Origin: Alphaproteobacteria bacterium
GTDB taxonomy: Bacteria; Pseudomonadota; Alphaproteobacteria; MPNO01
Assembly: GCA_964291675.2 (NCBI GenBank)
Contig: OZ219866.1
Span: 2,272,001-2,336,000 of the forward strand
Direction of reading: 5' to 3'
Length of the DNA: 64,000 bases
This document shows positions 58,882 to 64,000 of the stretch, piece after piece. The notes under the pieces are model-generated. The model was not told the DNA's origin. It made no database searches and saw nothing but the letters and a program-made list of their open reading frames with translations. The first letter of the stretch is position 1, and every line of letters starts with the position of its first letter. The translations under genes and the position numbers were made by a program.

Positions 58882-60015
58882 TCAGCCGGGCGCCCCGCCG
58901 GCTCTCCACCGCCTGACGTTCTCCAGGGTCGCGTAGGGGCGCAGCATCGCCGGGTCGAAGGCGGCCGGCGCTTCGCCGCGCGCGATCTTGCGGGGCCAGG
59001 CGGGATCGGCGAGCGCGCCCTTGGCGATCGCCGCGGCATCGGCGGTGCCGTCCTCCAGCATGGCTTCGGCGAGCTCCGGGTCGTTCAGCTTGCCGCAGGC
59101 GACGATTTGGACGTCGCCGGGCGCCGCCTCGCGGGCGAGGCGCGCGAGCGATTTGCCCGTCCCGAAGACCGGCTCGAAGCCGCGATGGGCGTTGACGTGG
59201 ATGTAGCTCGGCCCGGCTTCGCCGATGGCGCCGAATATCGTCCGCGCATCGTCCGCGCCGCCGGCCCAGCTATGGGCGAGGTCGTTGACCTTGGTCTCCG
59301 AGATGCGGATGCCGAACGGCGCGCGGCCGTCGAGCGCCTGCTTCACGGCGGCGACGATCTCGGTGTGGTAGCGCACCCGCCGCGCGGTCGGGCCGCCATA
59401 GTCGTCGTCGCGCCGGTTGGTGTAGTCGGTGAGGAACTGGTCGGCCAGATATCCGTTCGCGCCGTGGATCTCGACGCCGTCGAACCCCGCCTCGACCGCG
59501 CGCAGGGCGGCAGCGCCGAAGGCGGCGGCGACGTCCTTCATTTCCCGGCGCGAGATCTCGCGCGGCACCGGGAACCTGCCCTCGCCCTTGTAGTGCGGCG
59601 CCATCTCGCCGACGGGTTCCACCGCCGACGGGGCGACCGCCCGGTCCACGTAGTCGTTGTGCTGGATCAGCGCGCCGGCATGCAGGAGCTGCATGAAGAT
59701 CGGCACCCCCTCGGCGTGGACCGCGGCGGCCACCTTGCGCCAGGAGTCGCGCTGGGCGTCGTTGGCGATGCCCGGCTGGTCGACATAGCCCTGGCTGTGC
59801 GCCGCGTCGATATAGGTGCCTTCGGTGATCACCAGCCCGAACCCGCCTTTCGCGTAGCCCGCGTAGTAGGCCGCCATCGCGTCGGTCGCGAGCCCGCCCG
59901 GTCCGGCGCTGATCCGCGTCATCGGCGCGACCGCCGCCCGGTTGCCGAGCGCGACGTCGCCGATCCGCCCGGGCGAAAAGAGGTTGGCAAAGCGGCCGGT
60001 TTCCGTATCTGTCAC
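58882..60015 (-). CDS. NADH:flavin oxidoreductase (old yellow enzyme family)
   Basis: NR..VAPMTR, ITEG, QL.HAG, GFDGVEIHGANGYL.DQF and NRR.D.YGG motifs. Confidence 0.92.
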   Translation of the reverse strand: MTDTETGRFANLFSPGRIGDVALGNRAAVAPMTRISAGPGGLATDAMAAYYAGYAKGGFGLVITEGTYIDAAHSQGYVDQPGIANDAQRDSWRKVAAAVHAEGVPIFMQLLHAGALIQHNDYVDRAVAPSAVEPVGEMAPHYKGEGRFPVPREISRREMKDVAAAFGAAALRAVEAGFDGVEIHGANGYLADQFLTDYTNRRDDDYGGPTARRVRYHTEIVAAVKQALDGRAPFGIRISETKVNDLAHSWAGGADDARTIFGAIGEAGPSYIHVNAHRGFEPVFGTGKSLARLAREAAPGDVQIVACGKLNDPELAEAMLEDGTADAAAIAKGALADPAWPRKIARGEAPAAFDPAMLRPYATLENVRRWRAGGAPG

Positions 60016-60047
60016 GGTAGGGCTCCGGGGCACGGGGGAAGGGAAGG

Positions 60048-60695
60048 ATGAAACTGTTCAGCTACTGGCGTTCGCTCGCGTCGTTCCGCGTGCGCATCGC
60101 GCTCAACCTCAAGGGCGCGGACTGCGGCATCGAAACAATCGACCTGCTCAAGGGCGACCAGTTCGACGGCGCCTATCGCGCGGTCAACCCGCAACCCGTG
60201 GTGCCCGCGCTGATCGACGGCGGGACGGTGCTCTTCCAGTCGCTCGCGATCGTCGAATATCTCGACGAGACCCGCCCCGAGCCGCCGCTGCTTCCGGCCG
60301 ATCCCGCGGGGCGCGCCCGGGTGCGCGGCATCGCCCAGATCGCGAGCTCGGATACGCACCCGCTGATCGTCCCGCGGATCCGCAAGTACCTGACCGAGGA
60401 TCTCGGGCTCTCCGACGACCGGCTCACCGCCTGGATTCAGAGGTGGATGGGAGCCGGCCTCGAGGCGATGGAGGCGCATCTGGCGGCCGGCCCCGGCACC
60501 GGAAAGTTCTGCCACGGCGACCGGCCCGGCCTCGCCGATCTCTGCCTGGTGCCGCAGATCGTGGGCTCGCGCATGTTCGGCTGTCCCATGGACCCCTACC
60601 CGACGGCGATGCGCATCTTCGAGGCCTGCATGGCGCTCGATGCTTTCGCCGACGCCCATCCGGCGAAACAGCCCGACTTTCCCTCCGATGCTTGA
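60048..60695 (+). CDS. maiA: Maleylacetoacetate/maleylpyruvate isomerase (zeta-class GST)
   Basis: YWRS.ASFRVRIALNLKG, QSLAI.EYLDE and AHP.KQPD motifs. Confidence 0.9.
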   Translation: MKLFSYWRSLASFRVRIALNLKGADCGIETIDLLKGDQFDGAYRAVNPQPVVPALIDGGTVLFQSLAIVEYLDETRPEPPLLPADPAGRARVRGIAQIASSDTHPLIVPRIRKYLTEDLGLSDDRLTAWIQRWMGAGLEAMEAHLAAGPGTGKFCHGDRPGLADLCLVPQIVGSRMFGCPMDPYPTAMRIFEACMALDAFADAHPAKQPDFPSDA

Positions 60696-60718
60696 GCGTT
60701 GAGCCGGCGCCCCCACCA

Positions 60719-60826
60719 CGTCATGGCCGGACTTGTTCCGGCCATCCACGCGGCCTGCCGCTGCGAATGGCAACCGGCCGAGGGACAGCCCGGAGGTGGA
60801 TGCCCGGAACGAGTCCGGGCATGACG
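60719..60826. repeat. Palindromic repeat element, full copy
   Basis: CGTCATGGCCGGACTTGTTCCGGCCATCCAC...GTGGATGCCCGGAACGAGTCCGGGCATGACG between convergent genes. Confidence 0.8.
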
Positions 60827-60861
60827 GGGGCAGCGGGAATGGTTCCACCCGAACCGGCACG

Positions 60862-61596
60862 CTAAGCGTTGAGCCGGCGTCCCGCCTCGAGCTTGGCCGC
60901 GAACTGCTCGTTGTCGAGCACCCAGCCGAGGCACCGCATCACGTTCTGCAGCCCGAACTCGTGCAGGTCGTCGCCATACATGCTGGCCACGCAGTCGGAC
61001 AGCACGACCGCCGCGTAGTTCTTGTTGTGCGCGGTGAAGGCGGTGTTCAGCACGCAGGTGTTGGTGTTGATCCCCATCAGGCAGACGTTCCGCGCGCCCA
61101 GGTTCTCCAGCAGCATGTCGAGGTCGGTGCCCATGAAGCAGTCGAGGCGCTTCTTGTTGTCGATCACGTAGTCGGACGATGCGTAGAGCGCCGGGACGAT
61201 CTGGGTGCCCGGGCTGCCCTCGATGTTGTGGTCGTTCACCGTCGACTTGCGGCCGAGCGTGAGCCGGTTCTCCGCGTCGGCGATCTCCGACATCGCGGCC
61301 CAGAACGGTGCCTTCATGCCCTCGCTGCCGAGACCCGGAATCCTGCGATAGACCAGGATGACATGGATCACCGGGACGCCGTTCTCGCGCGCCAGATCGA
61401 GCACCCGCTTCGCGTTGGCGATCACCCGCGCGCTGTCTTCCGCCTTGGCCGGCATGGTCGCGACCTCGGGGTCGAGATGGCCGCGATGCATGTCGACGGT
61501 CACGACCGCCGTCTCCGCCGGCTTCAGGTGAAGCTGCCCGGTCATCCGGTCGACCATCTCCGACCGGTCGAGTATCTGCACGCTGCGTTCCGCCAT
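60862..61596 (-). CDS. Isochorismatase-family cysteine hydrolase
   Basis: TAVVTVDM, K.R.DCF.GTDL and GINTNTCV (Asp-Lys-Cys triad). Confidence 0.9.
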   Translation of the reverse strand: MAERSVQILDRSEMVDRMTGQLHLKPAETAVVTVDMHRGHLDPEVATMPAKAEDSARVIANAKRVLDLARENGVPVIHVILVYRRIPGLGSEGMKAPFWAAMSEIADAENRLTLGRKSTVNDHNIEGSPGTQIVPALYASSDYVIDNKKRLDCFMGTDLDMLLENLGARNVCLMGINTNTCVLNTAFTAHNKNYAAVVLSDCVASMYGDDLHEFGLQNVMRCLGWVLDNEQFAAKLEAGRRLNA

Positions 61597-61700
61597 GGCG
61601 CTCTCCCCATCTGGCCCGATTCTCGTATTGGCGTATATTTGTCGTATCAGAAAACTTCCGGCGGTCAAAACCGGAGCCGTGTCATTGGCTGGAGACGTTC

Positions 61701-63479
61701 ATGAGCGAGCACAGGACCGAGATCAGGGACGGGATGATCGTCGAGTGGGATGCGCCCATCGAGATGGATGACGGGATCGCGCTGCGCTGCGACGTCTACC
61801 GTCCGGTCGAGGACGGGAGCTACCCCGTCATCATCTCCTACGGCCCCTACGGCAAGCTCCTGCATTTCGAGGACCTGTACACCGATCAGTGGCGCCGGAT
61901 GGCCAGGAACCACCCCGATGTCGTCGCCGGCTCCTCCAATCTCTACCAGAACTGGGAGGTGGTCGACCCGGAGAAATGGGTGCCCGACGGCTACGCCGTG
62001 GTGCGCGTCGACTCGCGCGGCGCCGGGCGCTCGCCCGGCTTCCTCGACATCTGGTCGGCGCGCGAGGCGCGCGACTTCCACGACTGCATCGAATGGGCCG
62101 GCACCCGGGAATGGTCGAACGGCAAGGTCGGCGCCAACGGCATCTCGTACTACGCGATGAACCAGTGGCAGGTCGCCGCGCTGCAACCGCCGCATCTGGC
62201 GGCGATCTGCATCTGGGAGGGCGCGGCCGATTTCTATCGCGACCTCGCCTATCACGGCGGCATATTGTGCGCCTTCGGGCGCGCCTGGTACCCGTCCCAG
62301 GTCAAGACCGTGCAGCACGGCGTCGGCGAGAACGGGTTCCGCAGCCGCATGAACGGCGAGTGGGTCGCCGGCCCGCCGACGCTGAGCCAAGAGGAGCTCG
62401 GCTCCAACCGGGCGGATTTCTGGCGGGACTGCCAGGACAACCCGCTCGACAGCGCGGCGTACTGGCAGTCCCGCATGCCGGACTGGTCGAAAGTCGAGGT
62501 GCCGCTCTTCTCGTCCGGCAACTGGGGCGGGCAGGGGCTCCACCCGCGCGGCAATTTCGAGGGCTTCGTGCGCTCGGCCTCGGACGAGAAATGGCTCGAA
62601 GTGCACGGCATCGAGCACTGGACCGAGTTCTATACCGATTACGGGGTGGCGCTTCAGAAGAAGTTCTTCGGGCATTTCCTGAAGGGCGAGGACACCGGCT
62701 GGAAGGACCAGCCCAGGGTCCAGCTCCAGATCCGCCATCCGGGCGAGAAATTCGTGGAGCGCCACGAGGACGGCTGGCCGATCCCGCGCACGCGATGGAC
62801 GAAGCTCCATCTCGGCGCCGCGGACCACTCGTTGAACGCGGACCCCCCGGCGGCGGACGGCGCGGTCACCTATGCCGGGCTGGGCGAGGGCGCGACCTTC
62901 CTGACCGCGCCGATGGAGGAGGAGACCGAGATCACCGGGCCGATGGCGGCCAAGCTCTGGATATCGTCGAGCACGGAGGACGCGGATCTGTTCCTCGTCG
63001 TGCGCGTGTTCGCGCCCGATTTCAGGGAGGTGACGTTCCAGGGCGCGCTCGATCCCAACACGCCGGTCGCGCAAGGCTGGCTGCGCGCCTCGCACCGCAA
63101 GCTCGACGAGCGCCTGTCGCTGCCCTACCGGCCCTACCACACCCATGATGAGGTGCAGAAGCTGACCCCGGGCGAGGTCTACGCGCTCGACATCGAGATC
63201 TGGCCGAGCTGCATCGTCGTGCCCAAGGGCTACCGCGTCGGCCTTTCGGTGCGCGGGCGGGACTACGAATGGCCGGGCGGGCAGGCGGTCGGGCTCGGCA
63301 CGCTGGGGGCCGTCTTCACCGGGGTCGGCCCGTTCAAGCATGACGACGCGGGCGACCGGCCGGCGCATGTCTATGGCGGCGACGTGACGATCCATATGGG
63401 TCCCGGCCGGCCGTCCCACCTCCTGCTGCCCATCGTCCCGGCTGACGCGACCGTGGACAATCCGGTGCGCAGCGCCTAA
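61701..63479 (+). CDS. CocE/NonD (peptidase S15) family serine hydrolase
   Basis: MDDG..LRCDVYRP, DSRGAGRSPG, WSNGKVG..GISY and C-terminal LLLP. Confidence 0.9.
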   Translation: MSEHRTEIRDGMIVEWDAPIEMDDGIALRCDVYRPVEDGSYPVIISYGPYGKLLHFEDLYTDQWRRMARNHPDVVAGSSNLYQNWEVVDPEKWVPDGYAVVRVDSRGAGRSPGFLDIWSAREARDFHDCIEWAGTREWSNGKVGANGISYYAMNQWQVAALQPPHLAAICIWEGAADFYRDLAYHGGILCAFGRAWYPSQVKTVQHGVGENGFRSRMNGEWVAGPPTLSQEELGSNRADFWRDCQDNPLDSAAYWQSRMPDWSKVEVPLFSSGNWGGQGLHPRGNFEGFVRSASDEKWLEVHGIEHWTEFYTDYGVALQKKFFGHFLKGEDTGWKDQPRVQLQIRHPGEKFVERHEDGWPIPRTRWTKLHLGAADHSLNADPPAADGAVTYAGLGEGATFLTAPMEEETEITGPMAAKLWISSSTEDADLFLVVRVFAPDFREVTFQGALDPNTPVAQGWLRASHRKLDERLSLPYRPYHTHDEVQKLTPGEVYALDIEIWPSCIVVPKGYRVGLSVRGRDYEWPGGQAVGLGTLGAVFTGVGPFKHDDAGDRPAHVYGGDVTIHMGPGRPSHLLLPIVPADATVDNPVRSA

Positions 63480-63488
63480 TCAGGAGCG

Positions 63489-64000
63489 ATGGAGGCGGAG
63501 GGCACACGGCCCAGGGCCGGGCGCGGCAACGGGACTCTGGGGCCCCGCGTGCGGCGCATCCGCAAGGAGCTCGGCATGACGCTCGCCGAGGTCTCCGAGG
63601 CCACCGGGATCTCGATCTCGGCGATCTCCAAGATCGAGAACGACCAGGTCTCGCCCACCTTCGCCAATCTGATGCGCCTCGCCGAGGGTCTCGACATCCC
63701 GCTGAGCCGCCTGGTCTCGCTCGACGGCGAGGACCGGTCCGGCTCCGCCCGGCTGGCCGTGACCCGCGCCGGCGACGCCAAGTTCCGCGCCACCCAGAGC
63801 TACGACATCTGGGCGCTGTGCACCGACATCCAGCACAAGCGCATGCTGCCGATGGTCGAGCGCGTGCGCAGCCGCGACCCCGACACCGCCGACGGCATGC
63901 TGAGCCATTCGGGGGAAGAATTCGTCTACGTGCTGAAGGGCACCGTCACCGTCCACACCGAACACTACGAGCCGGTGACGCTGGACGAGGGCGACAGCCT
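63489..64000 (+). CDS. XRE-family HTH regulator with cupin domain, runs off the window end
   Basis: ATG at 63489 after AGGAG reads ...LGPRVRRIRKELGMTLAEVSEATGISISAISKIEND...HSGEEFVYVLKG; absent from the supplied ORF track because it has no stop in the window. Confidence 0.9.
   Translation, partial: MEAEGTRPRAGRGNGTLGPRVRRIRKELGMTLAEVSEATGISISAISKIENDQVSPTFANLMRLAEGLDIPLSRLVSLDGEDRSGSARLAVTRAGDAKFRATQSYDIWALCTDIQHKRMLPMVERVRSRDPDTADGMLSHSGEEFVYVLKGTVTVHTEHYEPVTLDEGDS

Noticed and set aside
61624-61647. Three CGTAT direct repeats in the divergent spacer before the CocE-like gene
   Set aside because: Short and irregularly spaced (8 and 11 bp), so they cannot be distinguished from chance

Overview
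A very GC-rich, densely coding bacterial window. Gene content and repeat type suggest an alphaproteobacterium, and possibly a marine host-associated one such as a sponge symbiont (inference only). The first half is dominated by organosulfonate catabolism. A LacI regulator sits between tauABC-xsc-pta and a tripartite tricarboxylate transporter followed by an acylating sulfoacetaldehyde dehydrogenase (SauS) and a succinyl-CoA-synthetase-like CoA ligase. About 8 kb further on lies aprM-aprB-aprA-sat, which could oxidise the released sulfite to sulfate with ATP gain. Two matching LacI-type operators and a sigma70-like promoter can be read directly from the sequence. They imply a leader of about 240 nt before tauA that folds extensively, a candidate new cis-regulatory RNA. 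The second half holds a VapBC-type toxin-antitoxin pair, a frameshifted three-domain RidA protein, dispersed palindromic repeats and a DUF1302/DUF1329/YCF48/RND uptake cassette. It also holds a single-chain kinase-receiver-DNA-binding regulator, a repeat-containing autotransporter-like adhesin and many catabolic hydrolases and oxidoreductases. No rRNA, tRNA, CRISPR array, transposase or phage genes were recognised. Family assignments come from motif recognition by eye, not database searches.
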